This document shows, in pieces, positions 49,760-58,916 of a DNA stretch of 64,000 nt. The position numbers and the translations under genes were made by a program. Positions within the stretch are counted from its first letter, which is position 1, and each line of letters begins with the position of its first letter. Source of the stretch: Halocalculus aciditolerans (lineage in GTDB: Archaea; Halobacteriota; Halobacteria; Halobacteriales; Halobacteriaceae); NCBI RefSeq assembly GCF_014647475.1, contig NZ_BMPG01000007.1, positions 4,696 to 68,695 of the forward strand, given 5' to 3'. Below the pieces are notes generated by a model. That model was not told the origin of the DNA. It saw only the letters and a program-made list of their open reading frames with translations, and did no database searches.

Positions 49760-51552
49760 GTTTCCTCCCGGAAGCGGTCGGCGCGCGCGTCGATGGCGGC
49801 GCGGACGTCGGCGTAGGTCTCGTCGGGTGCGGCGAGCGCGGCGACGGCGGCGCTCTGCCCGCGGTCGATGCGGCCCGTCGCGGCGAGCCCGGTCGGCCCG
49901 CGGGTGTAGAGTTCGGCGGCGGCGTCGGGGCCGGCGACTTCCTCGATGGTCGTGACGCGTCGCCCGTCGGGGGTGGGGGCGAGCGTGACGACGAGGTCGG
50001 TGGCGGCGAACGCGGCCGGGGTGACGCCGAGGTCGGCGACGCGGCCGCGGAGTTCCGCCGCGCCCTCGCCGTGGACGGTGCCGAGGACCGCGCCGTCGTG
50101 CGCGCCGACGCGCATCGCCTCGAAGAGCGCGGGGGCTTCCTGGCCGCGGATTTCGCCGACGGCGAGCGCGCCGTCGCCGAGGCGGAGGGCGGTGCGGACG
50201 GCGTCGGCGGGCGTGAACGCGCCGCCGGGGTCGGCGCGGAGGCCCTGGGCGTCGCGGTCGGCGTCGCGGAGCGCGGCGAGCGGGAGTTCGGGCGTGTCCT
50301 CGATGGCGACGAGGCGCGTGGACGGCGGGAGCTCCCAGCAGAGCGCGCCGAGGAGGGTGGTCTTCCCCGCGCCGCGGGGGCCGGCGAGGAGGCAGGCCGC
50401 GCCGCGCTCGACGGCGAGGGAGAGAAAGCCCGCGGCGGCGGGGGTGACGGTTCCGTTGGCGACGAGGGCGGTGAGCCGCCAGGGGTCGCTGTCGGCGGCG
50501 CGGACGGCGAACGCGGGGCCGTCGCTGACGGGGTCGGTGACGGCGGCGGCGCGGACGCGGTCGCGGGTGCCGACGCCGGTCGCGGTGGCGTCGAGCGTCG
50601 GGCTGGCGGCGGAGAGCGGGCGACCGCTCGTCGCGCGGAGGCGGGAGGCGAGGGCGTCTGCGCCCGCGGCGGAGAGAACGGCGTTCGTGGTCATCGTCTC
50701 GCCGTCGACGACGACGCGGAGCGGGGTGTCGTCGGCGGGGGCGGTGGCGTAGACGTCCGTCACGCGGGAGTCGGCGAAGAGGTCGTCGAGCACGCCGAAC
50801 CCGCGGGTGTGTTTCCGGAGGACGGCGGCGAGGTCGGCGGTCGGGTCGTCGCGGCCGGCGACGCGGCGGACGGCGGCGGTCGCGGCGCGCGCCCCGCCGA
50901 GTGCGCCGTCGGCGAGCCGGGCGGCGGCGGCGTCGAGCGTCGCGTAGTCGTCGGCGTCGAAGGCGGCTTCGCGGGGCGTGACGTGGTAGACGGGGAGAGG
51001 GTCGGCGTCGTAGACGCGGACGGTCGCGCCGGCCGTGTCGCGGGTGTCGCGGAGGCGGGCGTCGGCCGGCGGGTCGGGGTCGAGGCGGGCGTGAGCGAGC
51101 GTCGGGCCGTCGAACGTCCGGACCCCGTCGTAGCCGGGGTGGGCGTCGGCGACGGCTGCGAGTGCGGTTTCGGCGGCGATGCGGGCGACGGGGCCGGCGC
51201 GGCCGGCGGCGGCGCTGGCGGCGGAGAGGGGGTCGGTGGCGGCGCGGTCGGCGAGGCGGTCGTCGTGGACGGCGGCGCGTTCGGCGAACCGGCCGGCGGC
51301 GAGGAGGAGCGCGGCGGTCGCCGCGTCGTAGCGGCTGTCGACGCCGGGGCGGCGGACGACGACGCGGTCGGCGTCGGCGCGGCGGAGCGCGCGGACGGCG
51401 GTGGCGCGGCAGGCCGGGGCGTCGGCGAGGCGGCCGTCGCCTGGGCAGTCGGCGGCGTCGAGTCGGAGCGTCCCGGCGTCGACCGTGGCATCGCAGGCGC
51501 AGGCGGCAGTGCCGTCGGGTCGCCCGCGGAGTCCACCGAGTCGTTCGAGCAT
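49756..51552 (-). CDS. type II/IV secretion ATPase (TadA/CpaF/FlaI/PilB family)
   Basis: Walker A LLAGPRGAGKTTLLGAL, the Asp/Glu box LVAIEDTPEL, GEIRGQEA and His box GTVHGEG. Trimmed to ATG 51552. The N-terminus carries an unusual Cys cluster (CACDATVDAGTLRLDAADCPGDGRLADAPAC). Confidence 0.85.
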   Translation of the reverse strand: MLERLGGLRGRPDGTAACACDATVDAGTLRLDAADCPGDGRLADAPACRATAVRALRRADADRVVVRRPGVDSRYDAATAALLLAAGRFAERAAVHDDRLADRAATDPLSAASAAAGRAGPVARIAAETALAAVADAHPGYDGVRTFDGPTLAHARLDPDPPADARLRDTRDTAGATVRVYDADPLPVYHVTPREAAFDADDYATLDAAAARLADGALGGARAATAAVRRVAGRDDPTADLAAVLRKHTRGFGVLDDLFADSRVTDVYATAPADDTPLRVVVDGETMTTNAVLSAAGADALASRLRATSGRPLSAASPTLDATATGVGTRDRVRAAAVTDPVSDGPAFAVRAADSDPWRLTALVANGTVTPAAAGFLSLAVERGAACLLAGPRGAGKTTLLGALCWELPPSTRLVAIEDTPELPLAALRDADRDAQGLRADPGGAFTPADAVRTALRLGDGALAVGEIRGQEAPALFEAMRVGAHDGAVLGTVHGEGAAELRGRVADLGVTPAAFAATDLVVTLAPTPDGRRVTTIEEVAGPDAAAELYTRGPTGLAATGRIDRGQSAAVAALAAPDETYADVRAAIDARADRFREET

Positions 51553-51574
51553 GCGGGTGGGTCGCCGCGTACTC

Positions 51575-52048
51575 CTACTTAGAGTCTCGCGCGACGCGGA
51601 CCATCGACCGATTCGCCGACCGGACGTAGCGGAGCGCGAGCCGGGCGCGTTCGCCGCTCTCGACGGTGAGTCGACGGCCGGCGGCATCGGTCGCGAGCGG
51701 GAGTCGGGTTCGCGTCGCGTGCGTCCGGCCGTTCACGCGGTAGCCGACCCGCGAGCGGTTCGCGCGGCCGACGTCGGCCGCTGGCGGCGGGTCGAGGAAG
51801 ACCGAGACGCGCGGGAACGTGAGCGAGGGGGGCGGGATACGAACGGCGAGACGCCGGACCGCGCCGGGGGCGTCGGGCGGCGTCGGGTCGCTCCGCTCGA
51901 CGAGCGCTCCGACGGCGTCGAGGAGTCGCGCCGTCTCCGTCGCGCCGACCTGCGCGCCGCGGTCGGTGCGCGCGGCGTCGAGCGCGGGCGTCGTGGCAGC
52001 CAGGAGCGCGGCGGCGAGCACGACGCCGACGACGACTCGGACGATCAC
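51575..52048 (-). CDS. membrane-anchored protein (N-terminal TM helix), second gene of the Tad-like operon
   Basis: MIVRVVVGVVLAAALLAATTPAL is followed by a 130-aa extracytoplasmic region. Confidence 0.45.
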   Translation of the reverse strand: MIVRVVVGVVLAAALLAATTPALDAARTDRGAQVGATETARLLDAVGALVERSDPTPPDAPGAVRRLAVRIPPPSLTFPRVSVFLDPPPAADVGRANRSRVGYRVNGRTHATRTRLPLATDAAGRRLTVESGERARLALRYVRSANRSMVRVARDSK

Positions 52049-52575
52049 AGGCGCGCCCGGAGCCGCGCGAGGAGGCCGGGCGCGCTCGCGCGTGACTCAG
52101 CGGCGTCACGGTCGAACGCGCCGCGGTCGAACCCACTACGTTCGAGGGCGTCGCGTCCGGGTTCGAGTGCATCCTCGGATCCGGTTTGAGCCGCGTCGTC
52201 GGGGCGGTTTTGGGGTGTGTCGTCCGGTGAGCCGCGGGGTGTTCGCGCGGGGCCCGGGCCGCCGTTCGGGACCGGGTCCGCGTCGGCTTCGAGGCGGTCG
52301 ACGGCGGCGAGGGCGGCGTCGGCGCGGCGCTCGACGGCGTCGTTGACGGTGTCGAGTTCGCCGGCGAACCCGCGCACCGCCTGGAGGTCGGCGTCGAGTC
52401 TATCGAGTCGGGCTTCGACGTCGTCGAGGCGGGCTTCGAGCGCGCCGGTGTCAGGGCCGGATGTCGCGAGCAGCGCGTCAGCGTCGGTATCGGCGGCGTC
52501 AGCGGCTGCGTCGTGGCCAGTGGCGCGCCGTTCGAGGGCGCGGACGCGGGCGGCGAGCGTTTCGGTGTCGGGCAC
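52045..52575 (-). CDS. coiled-coil acidic protein, first gene of the Tad-like operon
   Basis: Heptad-like Asp/Ala/Leu-rich repeats, with the stop overlapping the next gene's start. Confidence 0.45.
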   Translation of the reverse strand: MPDTETLAARVRALERRATGHDAAADAADTDADALLATSGPDTGALEARLDDVEARLDRLDADLQAVRGFAGELDTVNDAVERRADAALAAVDRLEADADPVPNGGPGPARTPRGSPDDTPQNRPDDAAQTGSEDALEPGRDALERSGFDRGAFDRDAAESRASAPGLLARLRARL

Positions 52576-52683
52576 GCGGTTGGCTGGCCGCGCGATACTA
52601 TGTGAACGTTCGGACGGGGCGGTGGGCTAGTCGTCGTTGAAGCCTCCCGAACGTTGAAGGGACAAGAACGTGACAAACTGCGT

Positions 52684-53763
52684 ATGAAGGCAGCCGTCGT
52701 CGGTGTCGGGCAGGCGGGCGGAAAGCTCGCACAGGCGCTCACAGAGTACGACTCCCGGACGGGATTCGACGCCGTCGAGGGCGCGCTCGCGGTGAACACG
52801 GCCCGACAGGACCTCGAAGGCCTCGACCTCCCGACAGTGCTCGTGGGGCAAGAGCGCGTGGCGGGGAACGGCGTCGGCGGCGACAACGAGCTCGGCGCGT
52901 CGGTGATGCAGGCCGACGCGCCGATGGTGCTCGACGAACTCGACGGGATCGTCCGGTCGAGCACGGAAGCCATCTTCGTGGCGGCAGGGCTGGGCGGGGG
53001 GACGGGGTCGGGCGGCGCGCCCGTGCTCGCCCGCCAGCTCTCCCGCGTCTACGACGCGCCGGTCTACGTGCTCGGCGTGCTCCCCGGGAAGGACGAGGGG
53101 GCGCTCTACCAGGCGAACGCCGGGCGGTCGCTGAAGACGGTGTCGCGGGAGGCAGACGCGGTGCTCCTCGTGGACAACGACGCGTGGCGGGAAGCGGGTG
53201 AGAGCGTCGGGGACGCCTACGCGGCCATCAACGAGCGCGTCGCGAAGCGCGTCGGCCTCCTGCTGGCGTCCGGTGAGGCCGTGCAGGGAGTCGGCGAGTC
53301 CGTCGTCGACTCCTCCGAGGTCATCAACACGCTCCGGAAGGGCGGGCTGGCGGTGCTCGGGTTCGCGGACGCACCGGCCGCGGCGGACGCGGGAGAGAAC
53401 GTGAACGTCATCACGTCGACGGCGCGGAAAGCCCTTCTCACGGGCACGAGCGTGCCGAACGTCGTCGACGCGGACGCGGCGCTGGTGGTCGTCGCGGGCG
53501 ACACCGACCGGCTGTCGCGGAAGGGCGTAGAGCGCGCTCGCCAGTGGGTGCAAGAGCAGACCGGGTCGATGGAGGTACGCGGCGGCGACTTCCCGCTCGA
53601 CGGCGAGAAGCTCGCGGTGCTCGTCCTGCTCGCGGGCGTCACGCGAAACGACCACATCCAGTCGTTCGTGGACCGCGCGCGGGACGCCGCCGAGGCGGAC
53701 GCGGAGGACGCGCCCGACCCGGCGGCGGCGTTCGAGAACGACGAGCTGGACGGGCTCTTCTAA
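52684..53763 (+). CDS. cetZ: tubulin/FtsZ-superfamily GTPase, CetZ-like
   Basis: Tubulin signature GGGTGSGGAPVLA and the N-terminal nucleotide loop VGVGQAGGK. Trimmed to ATG 52684; the track start at 52654 is a TTG. Confidence 0.85.
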   Translation: MKAAVVGVGQAGGKLAQALTEYDSRTGFDAVEGALAVNTARQDLEGLDLPTVLVGQERVAGNGVGGDNELGASVMQADAPMVLDELDGIVRSSTEAIFVAAGLGGGTGSGGAPVLARQLSRVYDAPVYVLGVLPGKDEGALYQANAGRSLKTVSREADAVLLVDNDAWREAGESVGDAYAAINERVAKRVGLLLASGEAVQGVGESVVDSSEVINTLRKGGLAVLGFADAPAAADAGENVNVITSTARKALLTGTSVPNVVDADAALVVVAGDTDRLSRKGVERARQWVQEQTGSMEVRGGDFPLDGEKLAVLVLLAGVTRNDHIQSFVDRARDAAEADAEDAPDPAAAFENDELDGLF

Positions 53764-54458
53764 CGGAGGTCGTCGACGAGGCGTCGGAGCGTCGCGACGT
53801 CGTACTGGCCGGCGGCGGTCGCGTCCGCGGGGTCGACGGGCGCGTAACCGATTTTCGAGCCGTAGACGGGCGCGACGGCGCGCGTGTGCCGGCCGGCCTC
53901 GCCCATCGCCATCGTCGCGACGGACTTGCCCTCCAAGTCGTACTCGTGCGTGACGGTGAGGAGGTCGACGGCGTCCGTGTGGTCTTCGGCGGTGACGGCG
54001 AGTTTCCCGACGTCGCCGTGTTCGAGGGCGTTCCCGAGGAACCCCCGCATGTCCTGGCGGAAGGGCGTGCGGTCGAAGTCGTGGTAGGAGACGACGACGG
54101 ACGCGTGGTTCCCGCGGGCGGCGTCGACGACGCGTGCGGCGTCGTGGTCGGCGGCCGTGTCGCCGTCGAGGAGCGCGTTCAGTTCGACGTCGACCGCGCC
54201 CACGGCGTCGTGCTCGACGGCGGTTTCGAGCGCGTCGAGGCGGGCGGCGTCGTCCGCGGCGTCGCCGCCCTCCCAGTCGACCCGGTTCGTCGCGAGAATC
54301 GGGAGGTCGCCGTCGTAGGCGTCGAGCGCGGCGAGCGGGTCGACGGCGAGGTCGAAGCGGAATTCGATGGCGTCCGCGCCGGCGTCGCGCGCCGCCGGTT
54401 CGACGTCGAGGTCGGCCGTCGACGCGCAGAGCGTGAACTCGTCGAAGTCGAGCGTCAT
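53760..54458 (-). CDS. aroD: 3-dehydroquinate dehydratase, type I
   Basis: Schiff-base Lys region and the C-terminal MAMGEAGRHTR block. Trimmed to ATG 54458. Confidence 0.8.
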   Translation of the reverse strand: MTLDFDEFTLCASTADLDVEPAARDAGADAIEFRFDLAVDPLAALDAYDGDLPILATNRVDWEGGDAADDAARLDALETAVEHDAVGAVDVELNALLDGDTAADHDAARVVDAARGNHASVVVSYHDFDRTPFRQDMRGFLGNALEHGDVGKLAVTAEDHTDAVDLLTVTHEYDLEGKSVATMAMGEAGRHTRAVAPVYGSKIGYAPVDPADATAAGQYDVATLRRLVDDLR

Positions 54459-54489
54459 GCGGAAGCGTGTCGGCCGCGCGGGTAAGAGG

Positions 54490-54885
54490 CTACGGGTTCG
54501 GGCGGTCATCGTCGCCGACGCCGGTGCCGGCGGTGGTGCCGAGCATCGCCGCGCCGGCCGCGAGCGCCACGGCGACCGTCCCGGTGAGTCCGACGGCGAG
54601 GACGACCGCCGTTCCGACGCCGCCCGCGACCAGCCCGCCGGCGATGCCGGTGAGGACGACGGTCGCGGCGCGCCGCGGGTCGTCCGGGACGCTGCCGGGG
54701 CGGGCCGCGGCGTCGAGCGGCGGATAGAACACAGCGAGCATCGCGACGGTCGGTGCGGGGTCCGGCGCGAGAGCGCTCGTGACGACGACGGCGGCGATCC
54801 CGGCGACGACGCCGGCGAGCGCGAGGGCCGCCCGCGAGCGGAGTGAGTGGAGGGACACGTCGTGAGATTGTCGAAGTACGAACAA
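54490..54885 (-). CDS. small membrane protein (3 predicted TM helices)
   Basis: The ORF is hydrophobic but Gly/Ala-rich, so it could be spurious. Confidence 0.35.
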   Translation of the reverse strand: MFVLRQSHDVSLHSLRSRAALALAGVVAGIAAVVVTSALAPDPAPTVAMLAVFYPPLDAAARPGSVPDDPRRAATVVLTGIAGGLVAGGVGTAVVLAVGLTGTVAVALAAGAAMLGTTAGTGVGDDDRPNP

Positions 54886-54929
54886 GAATGTATCGGGAAC
54901 GCGAGCGACGGCGGAAACGGATCGCGGCG

Positions 54930-55892
54930 TCAGACCGGGATGGAGTCCTCGGCCTCTAAGAGTTCGTGGTAGCGGTTGCGGATGGTGACTTCGCTGATGT
55001 CGGCGACCTCGGAGACGGCGGCCTGCGTGGTCTTCTCGTTGGTGAGGAGAGCGGCGGCGTAGACGGCGGCTGCGGCGAGGCCGACAGGGCTCTTACCGGA
55101 GTGGACGCCTTTGTCCTTCGCGGTCTTGAGGAGGTCGCGGGCGCGGTGTTCGGCTTCGTCGGAGAGGCCGAGGCTGGAGGCGAAGCGAGGGACGTAGCTC
55201 TCGGGGTCCGCGGGGCGTACCTCGAGGGAGAGTTCGCGGACGACGTAGCGGTAGGTGCGGGCGATCTCGTCCTTCTCGACGCGGGAGACGTCGGCGATTT
55301 CGTCGAGGCTGCGGGGAACGCCGGCCTGCCGGGCGGCGGCGTAGACACAGGAGGTGGAGACGCCCTCGATGGAGCGACCGGGGAGGAGGTCTTCTTCGAG
55401 CGCGCGGCGGTAGATGACGGAGGCCATCTCGCGGACGTTGTCGGGGAGGCCGAGCGCGGACGCCATGCGGTCGACTTCGCCGAGCGCCTGCTTGAGGTTG
55501 CGTTCTTTGGCGTCGCGGGTGCGGAAGCGCTCGTTCCACTTCCGGAGGCGCTGCATCTTCTGGCGCTGGTTCGAGGAGAGCGAGTTGCCGTAGGCGTCCT
55601 TGTCGCGCCAGTCGATGTTGGTGGAGAGGCCCTTGTCGTGCATCGTGTTCGTCGTCGGCGCGCCGACGCGGGACTTCTTGTCCTTCTCGGCGGAGTCGAA
55701 GGCGCGCCACTCGGGGCCGCGGTCGATGCCGTCTTCCTCGACGACGAGACCGCAGTCGACGCAGACGGTCTCGCCGTGTTCGTCGTCGGTGGCGACGAGG
55801 CCGCCGCACTCGGGGCACTCGTTTGCGTTCTCGCTCTGTTCGTCCGTCGTCTCGTCTTCTTGCTGCCGTGACCGGAATCGTGCGTTCGTCAT
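54930..55892 (-). CDS. tfb: transcription initiation factor IIB (second TFB paralogue)
   Basis: Zn ribbon CPECGG...CVDCG, two cyclin repeats and about 75% similarity in conserved blocks to the TFB at 6504-7457. Confidence 0.95.
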   Translation of the reverse strand: MTNARFRSRQQEDETTDEQSENANECPECGGLVATDDEHGETVCVDCGLVVEEDGIDRGPEWRAFDSAEKDKKSRVGAPTTNTMHDKGLSTNIDWRDKDAYGNSLSSNQRQKMQRLRKWNERFRTRDAKERNLKQALGEVDRMASALGLPDNVREMASVIYRRALEEDLLPGRSIEGVSTSCVYAAARQAGVPRSLDEIADVSRVEKDEIARTYRYVVRELSLEVRPADPESYVPRFASSLGLSDEAEHRARDLLKTAKDKGVHSGKSPVGLAAAAVYAAALLTNEKTTQAAVSEVADISEVTIRNRYHELLEAEDSIPV

Positions 55893-56003
55893 AGTGGCGA
55901 AAAGGTCGTGGACACGACGTTAGCCCAAAACTCACTTCAACCTTCCGTAATGCGGTGTCGCGTGAGCGGAGTTCTCAAGGCACTGGGCCGCCGTCGTCTC
56001 GGT

Positions 56004-56534
56004 ATGACTGAGACGGTTCGCGTCGCCGTCGGAAGTGGCAATCCGGTGAAACGCTCGGCGGCGGTGGCGGCGTTCGAGCGCGCCGGCGTCCCCGCCGCCG
56101 TCGAGGCCGAACCCGTCCCCTCGGGCGTCCCCGAGCAACCCCGGGGGACGGCGGAAACAGTACGAGGCGCGGAGAACCGGGCGACAGCGGCCCTCGACGC
56201 GGGCGACTACGACTACGGCGTCGGCCTCGAAGGCGGCGTCACCCGCGTCGAGGCGCAAGACGGCCTCTGGCTGACGATGTGGGCGGCCGTCGCCGACGGG
56301 GAGCGCGTCACGACCGGCTGCGGCCCGCGACTGCGGCTCCCGGACAGCATCGCATCGCGCGTCGAGTCGGGCGCGGAACTCGGCCCCGTGATGGACGACG
56401 TGCTCGACACGACGGGCGTCGCGGAAAACGAGGGCGCGGCCGGCGTCCTCACCGCCGGCGTCGTGAACCGGAAGAGCGCGCTGCGCGCGGCGCTCGCCGG
56501 CGCGCTCGGCCCGCACCTCACGGCGTACTACTAG
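56004..56534 (+). CDS. inosine/xanthosine triphosphatase (DUF84 / YjjX-family non-canonical NTPase)
   Basis: N-terminal VAVGSGNPVKRSAAVAAF block. Trimmed to ATG 56004. Confidence 0.65.
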   Translation: MTETVRVAVGSGNPVKRSAAVAAFERAGVPAAVEAEPVPSGVPEQPRGTAETVRGAENRATAALDAGDYDYGVGLEGGVTRVEAQDGLWLTMWAAVADGERVTTGCGPRLRLPDSIASRVESGAELGPVMDDVLDTTGVAENEGAAGVLTAGVVNRKSALRAALAGALGPHLTAYY

Positions 56535-56537
56535 CGC

Positions 56538-58382
56538 TCAGTCGCTCGCTGCCTCGACGTCCGCTTCCGCCTCCGCCTCCGCGCTCCCTTCGACGGCCTT
56601 GGTCAGGGAGACGTTGAGCGAGAGCATGCTGGCGACGCCGCCGACGACGGTGACGGCGTTCTTCACGGCGTGGTCGACGATGGCGACGCCGAGCGCCGCC
56701 GCGGCGGGGACGGGCGTGAGCGCGACGACGAGCAGCGTGAACGCGCCCTCGTAGAGGCCGATGCCGCCCGGAGAGAGGGGGAGGACTTTCGCGAGGTTCC
56801 CGACGCTGACCGCGAAGAACGAGACGGCGAGGAGGCTCGCAGTCGAGATGGCCGGGTCGAAGGCTTCGAAGACGAGGACGGCGGTGACGACGTCGACCGT
56901 CCAGATGAGGACGCTCGTGCCGCCGACGCGCACGAACGACCCGGCGTCGCTCGTGACGGTCTGGATGTCGCCGACGAAGCGTTCGAGGACGCCGGCGACG
57001 ACGTCGACGTAGGAGTCGTCGCTCGTCCACGAGACCGCGCGGCGGATGTAGTTCCCGTCCGTTCGGGCGGACGCGACGATGGCGACGACGGCGGCGATGG
57101 CGGCCGCGCCGACGAGGCTCGCGACGACGACAGCGGTGCGCGCGGAGGACTGCTGGTCGCCGGAGAGCGGCCCCGTGGACCCGAAGAGCGCGCCCGTGAG
57201 CTGCGTGATCGTCTCCGGGGCGAGCGCGGCGAGGCCGACGAGGACGCTCCCCGCGAGCAGCGTGATGGTCAGGAGGTCGAAGACGCGCTCGACCGCGAGC
57301 GACGCGAACCCGGACGCGTACGGGACTTTCCGCCGGGCTTTCACGACGTACGCGCGGACGGCGTCGCCGGCGCGGGCGGGGAAGACGAGGTTCCCGGTCT
57401 GACTGATGAATATCGCCCCCGTGAGGAAGCCGACCCCTTCGCGGTAGCCGAGCTCGGAGAGGATGTCGCGGTAGCGAACACCGCGGAGCGGCCACGACAC
57501 CGCGTAGACGGCCGCCGCGGCGGCGACGAGGGCCGGGTCCGCGTTCTCGATGTGCGAGAGCACCGTGGAGGGGTCGAGGTAGACGAACATCAGCGCGACG
57601 GCGACGAGCGTCAGGAGGACGCCGACGCCCGCGCCCGTCCGCCGGTTCGCGTGCGGCTGGACGTTGAACTCCCACCAGCACCGGAGAATCTGACTCCCCA
57701 TCCCGAAGACGTCCCGGACGAGGTCGACCTTCGAGTCGCCCTTCGGCGTCCACTCCACCGGGAACTCTCGAACGCGAAACCCGCGGCGCTGGGCGCGCAC
57801 GAGCATCTCCGTGTCCCAGAACCAGTGTTCGTCCTCGACCGCCGGGCGCAGGTCCGCGAACGCCTCCTTACTGAAGGCCTTGAAGCCGCACTGGTGGTCC
57901 CGGAGGTCGGAGCCGAGGAACGTCCGGGTGAGGAAGTTGAATCCACGAGAGGGGACGCCGCGCTTCGCCGGTCGGTCCGCGACGTTCTCCGACATCCACC
58001 GAGAGCCCGTCGCCACGTCCCACTCGCCGGAGCGAACCGACTCCACGAGCGCTTCGAGATGCCGCATATCCGTCGCGAGGTCCGTATCGAAGTAGACGAG
58101 CACGTCGCCGTGCGCCGCCTCGAACGCCGCGTTCAGCGCGCCGCCGCGGCCGAGGCGCTCGTCGCTGTGGAAGTGCCGCACGCGCGAATCCGCGGCCGCG
58201 AGCTCGTCCGCAATCTCGGGCGTCCGGTCGTCGCAGCCGTCCTCGGCCACGATGACCTCGAACGCGTTCGAAGGGAGGAACTCGCCGAGCGTCGAGAGCG
58301 TCGTCTGCACCGTCTTCTCGATGGTCGCCTCCTCGTTGTACGCCGGGAGGACGACACTCACCTCGACGCCGCTATCACTCAT
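56538..58382 (-). CDS. AglD-like dolichyl-phosphate hexosyltransferase (GT2 catalytic domain fused to a multi-TM flippase-like C-terminal domain)
   Basis: N-terminal Dpm1-like GT2 (VSVVLPAYNEE, DxD) followed by about 300 aa with roughly 8 TM helices. The architecture and size (about 614 aa) match haloarchaeal AglD. Confidence 0.75.
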   Translation of the reverse strand: MSDSGVEVSVVLPAYNEEATIEKTVQTTLSTLGEFLPSNAFEVIVAEDGCDDRTPEIADELAAADSRVRHFHSDERLGRGGALNAAFEAAHGDVLVYFDTDLATDMRHLEALVESVRSGEWDVATGSRWMSENVADRPAKRGVPSRGFNFLTRTFLGSDLRDHQCGFKAFSKEAFADLRPAVEDEHWFWDTEMLVRAQRRGFRVREFPVEWTPKGDSKVDLVRDVFGMGSQILRCWWEFNVQPHANRRTGAGVGVLLTLVAVALMFVYLDPSTVLSHIENADPALVAAAAAVYAVSWPLRGVRYRDILSELGYREGVGFLTGAIFISQTGNLVFPARAGDAVRAYVVKARRKVPYASGFASLAVERVFDLLTITLLAGSVLVGLAALAPETITQLTGALFGSTGPLSGDQQSSARTAVVVASLVGAAAIAAVVAIVASARTDGNYIRRAVSWTSDDSYVDVVAGVLERFVGDIQTVTSDAGSFVRVGGTSVLIWTVDVVTAVLVFEAFDPAISTASLLAVSFFAVSVGNLAKVLPLSPGGIGLYEGAFTLLVVALTPVPAAAALGVAIVDHAVKNAVTVVGGVASMLSLNVSLTKAVEGSAEAEAEADVEAASD

Positions 58383-58646
58383 TACCACCGTATAGGGCAA
58401 TCTCCGCCTAAGTAGCTTCTGCCCTGACCCGACCCCCAGACGTCCGGTGGCCTCGCGAGCGCGACCCGTCGCCGTCGACGCGCGTTAACCACTCGTACCA
58501 AGCGCGGGCCCACACCCACCGCAAACCGCCTCCCGAACCAGCACCGGACCACCAGAGATGCCGCTAACGGGCTTCCGAAGGCTTCTATCCCGCGTTTTAC
58601 TCGTCGTACCAAACCCCCCATATGCGGCGAGCGTGAATGTCGGTGT

Positions 58647-58901
58647 ATGAGCGCGAGTGCCAGTGCCGTCGTGGCGTCGGAGTCGGAGTCCCTGTCGGCG
58701 AAGCAGGCCCGCATCCTCGACTACCTCGCGGAGCAGGCCGGGGCGAAGACGTACTTCAAGAGCCGGCTCATCGGCGAGGAGCTCGGCATGTCCGCGAAGG
58801 AGGTCGGAACGAACATGACGAAGCTCACCGAGGGCGAGTACGGAATCACCGTGGAGAAGTGGGGGTACTCGTCGTCGACGACGTGGAAAGTCACCGCGTA
58901 G
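58647..58901 (+). CDS. small putative DNA-binding protein (84 aa)
   Basis: HTH-like segment KQARILDYLAEQAGAKTYFKSRLIGEELGMSAKEVGTNMTKL. Confidence 0.45.
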   Translation: MSASASAVVASESESLSAKQARILDYLAEQAGAKTYFKSRLIGEELGMSAKEVGTNMTKLTEGEYGITVEKWGYSSSTTWKVTA

Positions 58902-58916
58902 CGCGTCGAATACGCG

